Part shown: piece after piece, positions 38,762-53,510 of the stretch
How the letters are laid out: each line of letters begins with the position of its first letter
How positions within the stretch are numbered: the first letter of the stretch is position 1
Origin: Verrucomicrobiota bacterium
GTDB taxonomy: Bacteria; Verrucomicrobiota; Verrucomicrobiia; Limisphaerales; UBA9464
Assembly: GCA_947454705.1 (NCBI GenBank)
Contig: CANGKZ010000029.1
Location: 488 to 64,487, forward strand
Reading direction: 5' to 3'
DNA: 64,000 bases
The notes under the pieces: generated by a model
Databases searched by the model: none
The model's input: the letters and a program-made list of their open reading frames with translations, nothing else
Told to the model about the DNA's origin: nothing
Translations under genes and position numbers: made by a program

Positions 38762-39979
38762 GTGGAATCCCTCGACACTCACCTCGCAGACTGCATGGCC
38801 AGGACCGAAGCCGCCGGGCTTCGTCGCAGCCTGCGTGAGATCCAGTCGCGGCAGGGCATTCGCGTCACCCTCGACGGTCGGTCGCTCCTCAATTTCTCTT
38901 CCAACGACTACCTCGGTCTCGCCCAGCACCCGGCCTTGATCGAAGCCGCGCAACGCGCCGCCCAGGATTGGGGCGCAGGGGCCGGAGCCGCGCGGCTGGT
39001 CTGTGGTTCGCTGTCCGTCTTTCACGAACTCGAGTCCGCAATCGCCGACTGGAAGCAGTGTCCCGCCGCCCTTTCCTTCTCCACCGGATTCGCCGCCGCG
39101 CTCGGCACTGTACCAGCCTTGGTCGGGTCCGGGGATGTGGTCATTCTCGACAAACGCGTTCACGCCTGTTGCGTCGATGCCGCGAAACTCTCCGGTGCCA
39201 AGCTCCGCGTGTTCCGGCACAACGACCCCGCCGATCTGGAGCGAATCCTTCAATGGGCCCGCAAGGATCCCGTCCCAGGCAACGCCCCGGTCCGAATCCT
39301 GATCATCACCGAGTCCGTGTTCAGCATGGATGGCGACGAAGCCCCGCTCACATCCCTCGTGGAACTCAAGGAACGCTACGGCGCCTGGTTGATGGTCGAT
39401 GAAGCCCACGCCGTGGGTCTGTATGGCGCACGCCGGTCCGGACTCGCAGAGCAGCTCGGGCTGACCCAACGCATCGAGGTTCATATGGGAACCCTCGGAA
39501 AAGCGGTCGGGGCCTCCGGGGGATACATTGCCGGTTCCGTCGCCCTCCGCGACCACCTGCTGAATCAAGCCCGGAGCTTCGTATTCTCCACCGCACCGGT
39601 CCCCGCTGCGGCCGCCGCCGCGCTTGCCGGAATTCAGCTCATCCATAGTAGCGAGGGCGCAACCCGACTGGAGCGACTCCAGCATCATGGCGACCGGCTC
39701 CGCGGCATGATCCGTTCCAATTATGGTACCACCGCCGGCACAACCGAACCGCGCAGCGCGATCCTGCCGATCATTGCCGGAGCAGAAACCACCGCGCTGG
39801 AGTGGTCCAGGCGGATGCGCGACGACGGATTTCTTGTGCCTGCCATTCGCTATCCCACCGTGGCCCGGGGCACCGCCCGGCTGCGGGTCACGCTTTCCGC
39901 CGATCATGCGGAGAGCGAAGTCGCAGCTCTCGGCCAGGCACTCGTCGGCCTGGGCCGCACCGAACCCGTCGAACCATGA
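38762..39979 (+). CDS. bioF: 8-amino-7-oxononanoate synthase
   Basis: NFSSNDYLGLA, FRHND, ESVFSMDGD, VDEAHA, GTLGKA (PLP Lys), FST, IRYPTV. Confidence 0.92.
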   Translation: MESLDTHLADCMARTEAAGLRRSLREIQSRQGIRVTLDGRSLLNFSSNDYLGLAQHPALIEAAQRAAQDWGAGAGAARLVCGSLSVFHELESAIADWKQCPAALSFSTGFAAALGTVPALVGSGDVVILDKRVHACCVDAAKLSGAKLRVFRHNDPADLERILQWARKDPVPGNAPVRILIITESVFSMDGDEAPLTSLVELKERYGAWLMVDEAHAVGLYGARRSGLAEQLGLTQRIEVHMGTLGKAVGASGGYIAGSVALRDHLLNQARSFVFSTAPVPAAAAAALAGIQLIHSSEGATRLERLQHHGDRLRGMIRSNYGTTAGTTEPRSAILPIIAGAETTALEWSRRMRDDGFLVPAIRYPTVARGTARLRVTLSADHAESEVAALGQALVGLGRTEPVEP

Positions 39980-41433
39980 GCGCCCCTTCCCGCTCCATCG
40001 GCTCCATCGTCCAGACCGACCGTCGCCATGTATGGCATCCGTTCACGCAGATGGCCGATTGGAACCAAACCGAGCCGCTAATTCTGGTGCGCGGACGCGG
40101 TGCCGTATTGGAGGACATCCGTGGACGCGAATTCCTCGATGCCAATTCCTCCATCTGGACCAACCTTCACGGGCACGGACATCCCGCGATCAACCGCGCG
40201 CTGACCCGGCAGCTCAAGCAGGTGGCGCACGTCTCCATGCTGGGCTTCACCAACGAACCCGCATCGCTTCTCGCGCGCGAGCTCGTCCGCATGGCCCGTC
40301 CGACCCGAGGCCCGGCGCTGCTGCAGAAGGTGTTTTATTCCGACAACGGGTCCACCGCGATGGAAGTGGCCCTGAAACTCGCGCACGAGCACGCACGGCG
40401 CGCGCGGGGGCTCAAGCAGGCGCGGTTTCTCTCACTCGATGGCGCGTACCATGGCGACACCGTGGGCGCGGTTTCCATTGGACACATTGACCTGTTCCAC
40501 GGTGCCTTTTCAAAGCTCCTGTTTCCCACCGACAAGGTGATGTCGCCGTACTGCTACCGGTGCCCGTTCAACCGGGCGAAACCGGAACGGGCCGATGCCC
40601 GCGAGACGCGGAAATGCGGTTGGGAATGCATTTCAAAACTGGAACAGAAATTCACCCGGGCCGCGGCCGCGAAAAAGCCGATCACCGCCTTTTCCGTTGA
40701 ACCGCTCATGCAGGGCGCGGCCGGCATGATCGCGCAGCCGCGCGGGTGGCTGAAGAAGGCCGCCGAAATAACGCGAGCGAATGGGGCGCTGCTGATCGCG
40801 GATGAGGTCATGACCGGATTTGGTCGCACCGGAGTCGGCGAACGCGCGGCCCAGAAGAAACCCGGAACCCTGCCGTTGCTCGCGAGCCATCTCGAACAGG
40901 TGCAGCCCGATTTCGTGGCCCTCGCCAAGGGACTCACCGGGGGATACCTGCCGATGGCGGCCACGCTGACCACCGACGAGGTGTATTCCCAATTCCTGGG
41001 CAAGTACGAGGACTTCAAAACCTTCTTCCACGGCCACAGCTACACCGGGAATCCGCTCGGGGCGGCAGCAGGACTGGCCAGCCTCGAACTGCTTCGTTCT
41101 CCGGAATCCGAGCAGCAACGCCGGGTATTGGAGGCCGCATTCGCCTCAAATTTGGAAACGCTTTGGTCGTGTCCATCCGTGGGCGATGTCCGCCGCGTGG
41201 GCCTGGTCGCCGGCATCGAACTCGTCCGCGATTGGCGCACCCGAAAACCATATCCCCTCGCGGAACGCACCGGGATTCGCGTGTGTGAAGCGATGCGCCG
41301 CCGCGGCGTGCTGACGCGTCCCATCGGAAGCGTGGTGGTTCTGATTCCCCCCTACTGCACCACCGTGAAGCAACTCGGCAAGATGGTGGATGCCTTGCGC
41401 GACTCCATCGACGAAGTGCTGGGCGAAGACTAG
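39976..41433 (+). CDS. bioA: Adenosylmethionine--8-amino-7-oxononanoate aminotransferase
   Basis: WHPFTQM, SSIW.NLHGH, DNGSTAMEVALK, YHGDT, DEVMTGFGRTG, AKGLTGGYLP, HGHSYTGNP. Confidence 0.95.
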   Translation: MSAPSRSIGSIVQTDRRHVWHPFTQMADWNQTEPLILVRGRGAVLEDIRGREFLDANSSIWTNLHGHGHPAINRALTRQLKQVAHVSMLGFTNEPASLLARELVRMARPTRGPALLQKVFYSDNGSTAMEVALKLAHEHARRARGLKQARFLSLDGAYHGDTVGAVSIGHIDLFHGAFSKLLFPTDKVMSPYCYRCPFNRAKPERADARETRKCGWECISKLEQKFTRAAAAKKPITAFSVEPLMQGAAGMIAQPRGWLKKAAEITRANGALLIADEVMTGFGRTGVGERAAQKKPGTLPLLASHLEQVQPDFVALAKGLTGGYLPMAATLTTDEVYSQFLGKYEDFKTFFHGHSYTGNPLGAAAGLASLELLRSPESEQQRRVLEAAFASNLETLWSCPSVGDVRRVGLVAGIELVRDWRTRKPYPLAERTGIRVCEAMRRRGVLTRPIGSVVVLIPPYCTTVKQLGKMVDALRDSIDEVLGED

Positions 41434-41447
41434 CAGCTCCCGTCTGA

Positions 41448-41585
41448 ACCACGGAGACGCAGAGACGCAGAGGCGCTGGGAGACCTTGTGAATCTCGGCA
41501 CAGATCCGCTTCTCGAACCGTCCACCGATTTCGCCCTCCGGCCTCTTTTTCCTCCCCCTTCTCTGCGCCTCCGCGCCTCTGCGGT
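41448..41585. repeat. Intergenic inverted-repeat element built from octamer units (RCGCAGAG), MITE-like
   Basis: Left arm ACCACGGAGACGCAGAGACGCAGAG (41448-41472) against right arm CTCTGCGCCTCCGCGCCTCTGCGGT (41561-41585): 20/25 complementary, and all differences are A/G transitions. Confidence 0.75.
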
Positions 41586-41600
41586 CCTAATTTCGGCAAA

Positions 41601-41632
41601 CAAAAAGGGCGGCCCGAAGGCCGCCCTTGTTT
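41601..41632 (-). terminator. Intrinsic terminator of rpoC (probably bidirectional with bioA)
   Basis: Stem AAGGGCGGCC/GGCCGCCCTT, with a UUCG loop and U5 tract on the minus strand. TGTTT follows on the plus strand. Confidence 0.88.
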
Positions 41633-41659
41633 GGAATGGAATTCCGTTCGTTCGCTTCG

Positions 41660-44600
41660 TTAGGCGAGGAGCGGAGAGGTCTCGTCGCCTTCGGTGAGGC
41701 TCGGAGCCGGCTCGTCGGCCGGGATCTCGACCAGCACCTTGAGGTTGAGCCCACGGTGTTTGTCGAAGCCCGTACCCGCCGGGATGATGTGACCCATGAT
41801 GACATTTTCCTTGAAGCCGCGGAGGCTGTCGGATTTGCCCATGGTCGCCGCTTCGGTGAGGACACGGGTGGTGTCCTGGAAGCTCGCCGCGCTGAGGAAC
41901 GACTCGGTTTCGAGCGATGCCTTGGTGATGCCCAGAAGGACCGGAGCCGCTTCGGCGGGCTTGCCACCCATCTTCTCGACGCGCTCGTTTTCCTCTTCGA
42001 AGGCCACCTTGTCGATCTGCTCGGCCCACAGGAAGATCGTATCGCCCGGTTCCGTGATGCGGACCTTGCGGAGCATCTGGCGAATGATGATCTCGATGTG
42101 CTTGTCGTTGATGGTCACACCCTGGAGGCGGTAGACCTCCTGGATTTCGTTGACCAAGTGTTCCTGGAGCTCCTGAGGTCCGCAGACGTCGAGGATTTCG
42201 TGAGGAACGACCGGACCGTCGGTGAGCTGCTGACCCTTCTTCACGAAGTCACCCTTGTACACGATGACGTGCTTGCTCATCGGGATGAGGTGCTCCTCGT
42301 TGGAGTTGGTCTGCGGATCGGTGACGATGATGCAGCGCTTGCCGCGAACGCTCGGGCCGAAGTCCACCACACCGTCGATCCTGGCGATCTCGGCGGCATC
42401 CTTCGGACGACGTGCTTCGAACAATTCCGCAACGCGGGGGAGACCGCCGGTGATGTCCTTGGTCTTGGACGCCTTACGCGGAGTCTTGGCCAGCAGCGCA
42501 CCAGCGCCGATTTCGTCGCCTTCGCTCACAACCAAGTGAGCGCCGGCAGGAATCGGGTACTGCGCGATGGGCTCGCCCTTGCGGCTCTCGATGATGACCT
42601 GCGGATGGAGGTCTTCCTTGTGTTCGATGATGACCAGGTCCTCCGTGCCAGTGGCCTCGTCGGTTTCCTGCTTCATCGTCACCCCTTCGATGATGTCGCT
42701 GAACTTCACGACGCCCGCCTTTTCCGAGATGATCGGAACATTGTAGGCGTCCCATTCGACGAACACTTCGTTCTTGGTGACCTGTCCACCGTCCGGAACG
42801 GCGATGATCGAGCCGACCACGATATGGTGGGTTTCGAGCTCCTTGCCATCGGGCGAGAAGATCGAGAGCGAACCATTCTTGTTCAGCACGATGTTGTTGC
42901 CGTCTTCGAGCTGCACCACGCGCAGTTCGTTGTAGCGGGCAATACCGTCGTGCTTCGACTTGATCTGCGGCTGCTTGTAGGTCTGTGCCGCGGCGCCACC
43001 GATGTGGAAGGTACGCATCGTGAGCTGCGTTCCCGGTTCACCGATCGACTGTGCAGCGATGATGCCGACCGCCTCGCCCTGCTTCACCAGCTTGCCGGTG
43101 GACAGGTTGCGGCCGTAGCACTTCGAGCAAATGCCGACCTTGCTTTCGCAGGTGAGCGCCGAACGGATCTTGATGCGTTCGATGCCCGCACGTTCCACGC
43201 CCTTGGAGCGGACTTCGTCCAACTCTTCGCCGGCGCTGACGATCTTGTGCTTGAGATCCGTGGGATCGTAAACGTCTTCGGCAGAGTAACGGCCGAGGAT
43301 GCGCTCGCTGATCTTAACGACTTCTTCTTCACCTTCGTAGATGGAGGAGACCGCGATGCCGTTGCCGGTGCCGCAATCGTCGTGACGGATGATCACGTCC
43401 TGCGCCGCGTCGACCAGCTTACGGGTCATGTAACCCGAGTCAGCGGTCTTGAGCGCGGTGTCGGCGAGACCCTTGCGGGCGCCGTGAGTGGAGATGAAGT
43501 ACTCGAGAACGGTGAGGCCTTCGCGGAAGTTCGAGAGAATCGGCTTCTCAATGATCGAACCGTCGGGCTTGGCCATCAAACCGCGGAGGCCCGCGAGCTG
43601 ACGAACCTGGGCCTTGTTACCGCGGGCGCCGGAATCGACCATCAGGCTGACAGGATTGAACTCCTTCTTGCCCTGGTTGTGGTCGAAGGTCTTCAACATG
43701 ACGTTCGCGATCTGGTCGGTGCAATGCGTCCAGATGTCGATCACCTTGTTGTACCGTTCCTGGTTGGTGATGACGCCCTTCTTGTGCTGCTTCTCCACTT
43801 CGGAGATCTGCTTCAGAGCGGCGTCAATTTCCTTCTGCTTCGCCTCGGGGATGATCATGTCATCGATACCGATCGAAACACCGGCGCGGGTCGCCTGTTC
43901 GAATCCGATTTCCTTCAACCGGTCAAGGGTCACGACGGTGCGTTCGTGTCCGCAGACCTTGTAGCAGTTGAGGATTAGGTCACCGAGCTTGCTCTTGCCG
44001 ACCACGAGGTTCGGGAAGCCGAGCTCCTTCGGCCAGATCTCGGAGAAGATCACGCGGCCGACGGTGGTTTCGATCACCGATTTCTCGGTGTCGCCGTAGA
44101 CCGTCTTCGCGCCACCCCGGTCCGGGTTGGCGAGGAGGATGCGGTCGTGGGTCTTGATTGCGCCATCGGCGTTCGCAAAGAGCACCTCGTGCTTGCTTCC
44201 GAACAACATGAGGCGTTCGCCTTCCTTGCGGGCCTTGCGGGGCTCGGCGGTGAGGTAGTAGCAGCCCAGGGTGATGTCCTGGGTCGGCGTCATGATCGGC
44301 TTGCCGCTCGACGGGCTGAAGATGTTCAACGGAGCCATCATCAGAAGGCGGGCCTCCATCTGGGCTTCCACGGACAACGGCACGTGAACCGCCATCTGGT
44401 CACCGTCGAAGTCCGCGTTGTAAGCGGTACAAACGAGAGGATGGATGCGGATCGCTTCGCCTTCGATGAGCACCGGTTCAAACGCCTGAACCGAGAGACG
44501 GTGCAGGGTCGGAGCGCGGTTGAGCAGCACCGGGTGGCCCTTGGTGACTTCCTCGAGGATGTCCCAGACTTCGGGCGACTGGCGCTCGATCATCTTCTTC

Positions 44601-45802
44601 GCCGAACGCACGGTATGGACGTAGCCCAGTTCCTTGAGGCGGCGGATGATGAACGGTTCGAACAGCACGAGCGCCATCTTCTTGGGAAGACCGCACTGGT
44701 GCAGCTTGAGCTCGGGTCCGATGACGATGACCGAACGGCCGGAGTAATCGACGCGCTTGCCGAGCAAGTTCTGACGGAAGCGGCCGGACTTGCCCTTGAG
44801 CATGTCGGACAGCGACTTCAGGGCGCGGTTTCCAGCGCCGGTGACGGCGCGGCCGTGGCGGCCGTTGTCGAACAACGCGTCCACTGCTTCCTGGAGCATG
44901 CGCTTCTCGTTGCGGATGATGACCTCGGGGGTCTTCAACTGCAGGAGGTTCTTCAACCGGTTGTTCCGGTTGATGACACGACGGTAGAGATCGTTGAGAT
45001 CCGAGGTCGCAAACCGGCCACCTTCGAGAGGCACCAGCGGGCGGAGATCGGGAGGGATGACCGGGAGCACCGTGAGGATCATCCATTCGGGGCGGCTCAA
45101 GGACTTGGTGAAGCCCTGGAACAGCTTGATCCGCTTGGCGATCTTTTTGCGGTTCTGCTTGGACTTCGTCTCCGTCATCGCGATCTGGAGCTCGTCGACG
45201 GTCTTCTCGAGCTGGATGTTGACCAGCGCGTCGCGCACGGCCTCGGCACCCATCTTGGCCTGGAAGGCATCGGCACCGTAGGTGGTGCGAGCTTCGCGGT
45301 ACTCGTGCTCGCTGAGGAGCTGATGAACCTTGAGCGGGGTCGTGCCCGGATCGATCACGAGGTAGTCCTCGTAATAGATCACGCGTTCCAGGTTGCGGGC
45401 CGTCATGTCGAGCATCAGACCGATGCGGGACGGCATGCACTTGAAGAACCAGATGTGGCTGACCGGAACGGCCAGTTCGATATGGCCCATGCGCTCACGA
45501 CGAACGCGGGCGAGGGTCACTTCCACACCGCAGCGATCGCAGACCACGCCGCGATGCTTGATGCGTTTGTACTTTCCGCAGGAGCACTCCCAGTCCTTGA
45601 CCGGACCGAAGATCCGTTCGCAGAAAAGGCCGCCCTTTTCCGGCTTGAACGTGCGGTAGTTGATCGTTTCCGGATTCTTCACCTCGCCCTTCGACCACGA
45701 CCGGATGTTCTCCGGTGCGGCGACGGCGATTGCGACATGGTCCACCTGGTTGACCTTTTCCAGGCCGAGGAGCTCACGTGCGGTTTCCTTGGATGAAATC
45801 AT
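41660..45802 (-). CDS. rpoC: DNA-directed RNA polymerase beta' subunit
   Basis: [15 protein letters not shown], zinc finger, [22 protein letters not shown]. Confidence 0.99.
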   Translation of the reverse strand: MISSKETARELLGLEKVNQVDHVAIAVAAPENIRSWSKGEVKNPETINYRTFKPEKGGLFCERIFGPVKDWECSCGKYKRIKHRGVVCDRCGVEVTLARVRRERMGHIELAVPVSHIWFFKCMPSRIGLMLDMTARNLERVIYYEDYLVIDPGTTPLKVHQLLSEHEYREARTTYGADAFQAKMGAEAVRDALVNIQLEKTVDELQIAMTETKSKQNRKKIAKRIKLFQGFTKSLSRPEWMILTVLPVIPPDLRPLVPLEGGRFATSDLNDLYRRVINRNNRLKNLLQLKTPEVIIRNEKRMLQEAVDALFDNGRHGRAVTGAGNRALKSLSDMLKGKSGRFRQNLLGKRVDYSGRSVIVIGPELKLHQCGLPKKMALVLFEPFIIRRLKELGYVHTVRSAKKMIERQSPEVWDILEEVTKGHPVLLNRAPTLHRLSVQAFEPVLIEGEAIRIHPLVCTAYNADFDGDQMAVHVPLSVEAQMEARLLMMAPLNIFSPSSGKPIMTPTQDITLGCYYLTAEPRKARKEGERLMLFGSKHEVLFANADGAIKTHDRILLANPDRGGAKTVYGDTEKSVIETTVGRVIFSEIWPKELGFPNLVVGKSKLGDLILNCYKVCGHERTVVTLDRLKEIGFEQATRAGVSIGIDDMIIPEAKQKEIDAALKQISEVEKQHKKGVITNQERYNKVIDIWTHCTDQIANVMLKTFDHNQGKKEFNPVSLMVDSGARGNKAQVRQLAGLRGLMAKPDGSIIEKPILSNFREGLTVLEYFISTHGARKGLADTALKTADSGYMTRKLVDAAQDVIIRHDDCGTGNGIAVSSIYEGEEEVVKISERILGRYSAEDVYDPTDLKHKIVSAGEELDEVRSKGVERAGIERIKIRSALTCESKVGICSKCYGRNLSTGKLVKQGEAVGIIAAQSIGEPGTQLTMRTFHIGGAAAQTYKQPQIKSKHDGIARYNELRVVQLEDGNNIVLNKNGSLSIFSPDGKELETHHIVVGSIIAVPDGGQVTKNEVFVEWDAYNVPIISEKAGVVKFSDIIEGVTMKQETDEATGTEDLVIIEHKEDLHPQVIIESRKGEPIAQYPIPAGAHLVVSEGDEIGAGALLAKTPRKASKTKDITGGLPRVAELFEARRPKDAAEIARIDGVVDFGPSVRGKRCIIVTDPQTNSNEEHLIPMSKHVIVYKGDFVKKGQQLTDGPVVPHEILDVCGPQELQEHLVNEIQEVYRLQGVTINDKHIEIIIRQMLRKVRITEPGDTIFLWAEQIDKVAFEEENERVEKMGGKPAEAAPVLLGITKASLETESFLSAASFQDTTRVLTEAATMGKSDSLRGFKENVIMGHIIPAGTGFDKHRGLNLKVLVEIPADEPAPSLTEGDETSPLLA

Positions 45803-45848
45803 AGTAGATCCAATTCCGATTCAGGTTCGCGTTAGTGGTGGACCGGTA

Positions 45849-49703
<3,855 letters not shown>

Positions 49704-49893
49704 GGCGACTTCAGGTTTCAATGACTCCGACTTTCCGCCGGAATCTTGTTGCATTGAAAAGACAATACGACGAGGTCGGGGGGCCTACATTCAGAGGCCA
49801 CCCGAACTCGTCCTACTGCAACGTTTATTTCGACAAAGTAATCAGAAGGTAGCAGTCCACCGTCCCACCGCAACGATTTGATTCCCGATTCAG

Positions 49894-49928
49894 GCAACGG
49901 CGGGAGGTTTGATCCTGCCCGCCGTTGC
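49894..49928 (-). promoter_or_regulatory. Strong hairpin just downstream of rplL in the rplL-rpoB spacer (possible attenuator or processing site)
   Basis: GCAACGGCGGG...CCCGCCGTTGC is a perfect 11-bp stem. There is no U-tract on the minus strand. Confidence 0.5.
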
Positions 49929-49945
49929 TGATCGAGAATTGGAGC

Positions 49946-50329
49946 TTACTTGAGCTCAACCTTGCCACCGGCTTCTTCGAGCTTCTTCTTGGCAGCTTCG
50001 GAGTCAGCCTTGTTGGCACCTTCGAGGATGGGCTTGGGAGCGCCTTCCACGAGAGCCTTGGCTTCAGCGAGACCGAGGCCGGCCTTGACTTCACGAACGG
50101 CCTTGATGACGCCGATCTTCTTGTCAGCAGGCACGGAGGCGAGGATCACGTCGAAGGTGTCCTTGGCAGCGGCAGCAGGAGCGGCAGCGCCAGCAGCAGG
50201 AGCAGCAGCGGCAGCAACCGGAGCGGCGGCGGTGACGCCCCACTTGGTTTCGAGCGCCTTCACGAGCTCAGCGGCTTCGAGAACGGTCAGCTTGCTCAGC
50301 TCTTCGACGATGTTGTTGATATCAGCCAT
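49946..50329 (-). CDS. rplL: 50S ribosomal protein L7/L12
   Basis: [41 protein letters not shown]. Confidence 0.98.
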   Translation of the reverse strand: MADINNIVEELSKLTVLEAAELVKALETKWGVTAAAPVAAAAAPAAGAAAPAAAAKDTFDVILASVPADKKIGVIKAVREVKAGLGLAEAKALVEGAPKPILEGANKADSEAAKKKLEEAGGKVELK

Positions 50330-50486
50330 GGTATGTTGTCTTTCTTAGTTGTGTAGTCTCGTCGTCAGGGAGGCCCCCCGAATTAGCCCACGGCCTGTGA
50401 GCCGACGATGTACTCTTGGTTGCGTTGTGGATCCGACGGAAAACCTGGCTGGGTCCGCCGTCGAAAGTGTGGAAACCGACCCGGCC

Positions 50487-51011
50487 TTAGGCGGCGGGTT
50501 CGGCAGTCTGCTCGGACTTCGCCTTGATGACGCGGGCGAGCTGGCTTCCCGGGGTGTTGATAAGCGCCACGAGCTTCTGGGCCGGAGCCTGGAGAAGACC
50601 GAGGATCTTGCCCTGCAGCTCGGCGAGCGGCGGGAGATCAGCGATCACGCGGATTTCGTCCGCGGAGAGACGCTGATTGCCGAGGAAACCGAACTGGAGA
50701 CGAGGCTTCTCGAACTCGGACTGGAAGGTCTTGACCACCTTGGCAGCGGCCGCGATGTCCTTGTTTCCAGTGACGACGGCGAGCTGACCCGCGAGGGCGC
50801 CCGAGAGGTCGGCGATTCCGGACTCCTTCGCAGCGATGCGGAAGAGGGTGTTCTTGACCACGTGAGCCTCGGCACCGGTCTTCTGGAGACGCTTGCGAAG
50901 CTCAGTGAACTGCACCACGGACAAACCGCGGTAGTCCACCACGATGAAGAACGGGGAAGCGGCGAGCCGCTGGGCGTATTCTGCCGAAATGAATTTCTTT
51001 TCTGCGCGCAT
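50487..51011 (-). CDS. rplJ: 50S ribosomal protein L10
   Basis: VDYRGLSV, VVKNTL, LADLPP-like C-terminal motif, synteny. Confidence 0.96.
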   Translation of the reverse strand: MRAEKKFISAEYAQRLAASPFFIVVDYRGLSVVQFTELRKRLQKTGAEAHVVKNTLFRIAAKESGIADLSGALAGQLAVVTGNKDIAAAAKVVKTFQSEFEKPRLQFGFLGNQRLSADEIRVIADLPPLAELQGKILGLLQAPAQKLVALINTPGSQLARVIKAKSEQTAEPAA

Positions 51012-51026
51012 GAGATCCTCCGTGGA

Positions 51027-51722
51027 TTAGTTGGCTCCGAATTCCTTGAGATCGATCCGCACGGCCGGGCTCATGGTGAGCGACAGCGTGCAGGAACGGA
51101 TGAACACACCCTTCGCACCGGAAGGACGGCTCTTGATCACCGCCTCGATGACCGCACGGGCGTTCTCGGCGATGTTGGCAGGGGTGAAGTCAGCCTTGCC
51201 GACGGCGACATGGACGTTTCCGGCCTTGTCGATCTTGAATTCAACGCGACCCGCCTTGACTTCCTTCACCGCGCGGGCGGTGTCGTCGGTCACGGTACCG
51301 GTCTTCGGATTGGGCATCAAACCGCGAGGTCCGAGCACCTTACCGAGCTTACGAACTTCGGTCATGGCTTCGGGAGTCGCGATGGCGATGTCGAAGTCAG
51401 CCCAGCCCTCAACGCACTTGCGGATATAATCCTCGAAACCGACGTGCTCCGCACCAGCGGCGCGGGCTGCGTCAGCCTGCGCACCAGGCTTGGTGAAGAC
51501 GAGCACGCGGATCGTCTTGCCAGTGCCGTGGGGCAGAGGGACGGTTCCACGAACCATCTGGTCCGATTGACGGGGGTCAACTCCCAGGCGGAACGCGACG
51601 TCAACCGTCTCGTTGAACTTCGCCTTGGGGAACTTGGTGAGCACCTCCACCGCATTGGTGAGGGTGTAAGCCTTGGTGGAATCCACCAGGGCAGCGGCTT
51701 TTTTGAAGCGTTTGCTCGGCAT
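51027..51722 (-). CDS. rplA: 50S ribosomal protein L1
   Basis: [41 protein letters not shown]. Confidence 0.98.
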   Translation of the reverse strand: MPSKRFKKAAALVDSTKAYTLTNAVEVLTKFPKAKFNETVDVAFRLGVDPRQSDQMVRGTVPLPHGTGKTIRVLVFTKPGAQADAARAAGAEHVGFEDYIRKCVEGWADFDIAIATPEAMTEVRKLGKVLGPRGLMPNPKTGTVTDDTARAVKEVKAGRVEFKIDKAGNVHVAVGKADFTPANIAENARAVIEAVIKSRPSGAKGVFIRSCTLSLTMSPAVRIDLKEFGAN

Positions 51723-51731
51723 TGTATTTGC

Positions 51732-51760
51732 GCGGTACTGACGGGCTTGCGCCCTCCCGC
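51732..51760 (-). promoter_or_regulatory. Putative L1-binding autoregulatory leader
   Basis: mRNA 5'-GCGG GAG GGC GCAA GCC CGUCAGUA CCGC-3': outer helix, GGAG internal loop and GNRA-capped inner helix, 9 nt before the rplA ATG. Confidence 0.6.
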
Positions 51761-52032
51761 TTGAGTTTGCGACTGTTCCCTACGATTTCGAACGACTGCC
51801 CGAAAGCGTCGGAGCCTCAAGAAGTCTCAAACTGAGGGCGGCATGTCAAAATCTTTCACAGAAATCTTCATCACCGCGCTAAACTTCGGTCCAGCATCCC
51901 GTATTTTCAGCCAAATCCCACTGCGGAACTCTGCGTCGGTGCGATTTCAACCCCTCCGGCCGGGCGAACTTGCGACTTTCCTTTCATCCCGACTCTTCGT
52001 ACGCTGAATCTTCGCATTTTGACACCGATCCA

Positions 52033-53358
52033 ATGAGCAAATCCTCACGTTCGTTTTTCCCCGACATCGGCCCCATTCGCTTTGAGGGCCCCGGAAGCCG
52101 CAATCCCCTCGCCTTCCAACATTACAATGCCGACGAGTTGGTCGAAGGCCGTTCCATGAAGGAGCATCTCCGCTTCGCCGTGGTGTACTGGCACACCATG
52201 CGCGGCACCGGCGGCGATATGTTCGGGTGGGGAACCGCCCAGCGCCCATGGAATCCGGGCGAAGGCACCGTCAAGGAAGCCATTCAACGCGCCCGTGCGA
52301 TGTTTGAATTCACCGAGAAGCTCGGGGCTCCGTTCTACTGCTGGCACGACCGCGATGTGGCGCCGCACGGCAAGACGCTGGCGGAATCGAACAAGAATTT
52401 CGACGCCGTGGCCGCCGAGCTGAAGAAGCTCCAGGGAGACACGGGCATCCGGTTGCTCTGGGGCACCGCCCAGAATTTTGTTCATCCCCGTTACATGCAC
52501 GGCGCGGCAACGAGCTGCAGCTCCGACGTGTTCTGCTTCGCGGCTGCGCAGGTGAAAAAGGCCATGGAATGGACCCACGAACTCGACGGCGAAGGCTACG
52601 TGTTCTGGGGCGGCCGTGAAGGCTACTCCACCCTGCTGAACACCAATCTCAAGCGCGAGATGGACAACCTCGGCCGCTTCCTCCACATGGCCGTGGATTA
52701 CAAGAAGAAGATCGGGTTCAAGGGTCCGTTCTACATTGAGCCGAAGCCGAAGGAACCCACCAAGCACCAGTACGACTCCGATGCGGCGGCCTGCCTCAAC
52801 TTTCTCCGCGAGTACGACCTGCTGGAGCACTTCAAGCTGAACATCGAGACCAACCACGCGACGCTCGCGGGTCACACGATGCAGCACGAACTCGAAGTGG
52901 CCGGGGCCGCCGGGGCCCTCGGTTCGATCGACGCCAACATGGGCGACGTCATGCTCGGCTGGGACACCGACCAATTCCCGACCGATCTCTACCTGACCAG
53001 CCAGGTCATGCTCACCGTGCTCAAGTACGGTGGATTCACCACGGGCGGCACGAACTTCGACGCCAAGGTGCGTCGTGAGAGCAATGACTTGAAGGACCTT
53101 TTCTACGCGCACATCGCGGGGATGGACGCCTTCGCGCGCGGATTGAAGATCGCCGCAAAGATCCGTGCCGACGGACGCCTGGACGAGTTCGTCAAGAATC
53201 GCTATCGCAGCTGGGATTCCGGCATCGGCGCCAAGATCGAGGCCGGCAAGGCTTCGTTCGCGGATTGCGAACGTCATGCGTTGAAGCTTGGTGAAGTGGC
53301 TCCGCTGGAGAGCGGCCGCCAGGAATACCTCGAAGCGTTGTTCAACGAGTTCATCTGA
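52033..53358 (+). CDS. xylA: Xylose isomerase (class II)
   Basis: [58 protein letters not shown]. Confidence 0.97.
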   Translation: MSKSSRSFFPDIGPIRFEGPGSRNPLAFQHYNADELVEGRSMKEHLRFAVVYWHTMRGTGGDMFGWGTAQRPWNPGEGTVKEAIQRARAMFEFTEKLGAPFYCWHDRDVAPHGKTLAESNKNFDAVAAELKKLQGDTGIRLLWGTAQNFVHPRYMHGAATSCSSDVFCFAAAQVKKAMEWTHELDGEGYVFWGGREGYSTLLNTNLKREMDNLGRFLHMAVDYKKKIGFKGPFYIEPKPKEPTKHQYDSDAAACLNFLREYDLLEHFKLNIETNHATLAGHTMQHELEVAGAAGALGSIDANMGDVMLGWDTDQFPTDLYLTSQVMLTVLKYGGFTTGGTNFDAKVRRESNDLKDLFYAHIAGMDAFARGLKIAAKIRADGRLDEFVKNRYRSWDSGIGAKIEAGKASFADCERHALKLGEVAPLESGRQEYLEALFNEFI

Positions 53359-53397
53359 TCTGAGTTAGCGGCCTCCGCCTCAGATAGAGTTGATTCG

Positions 53398-53436
53398 AGC
53401 GGCCCGTCCGATGTCATCGGCGGGCCGCTTTATTTT
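53398..53436 (+). terminator. Intrinsic terminator after xylA
   Basis: AGCGGCCCG-T-CCGAT gtc ATCGG-CGGGCCGCT followed by TTATTTT. Confidence 0.8.
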
Positions 53437-53510
53437 GGCTCCCTTCCTCCGTCTCACTATATCCTTTCCTTGTTCAGGCCGACTCGCGCACCTTTCCAAG
53501 ACCCTTGCCT

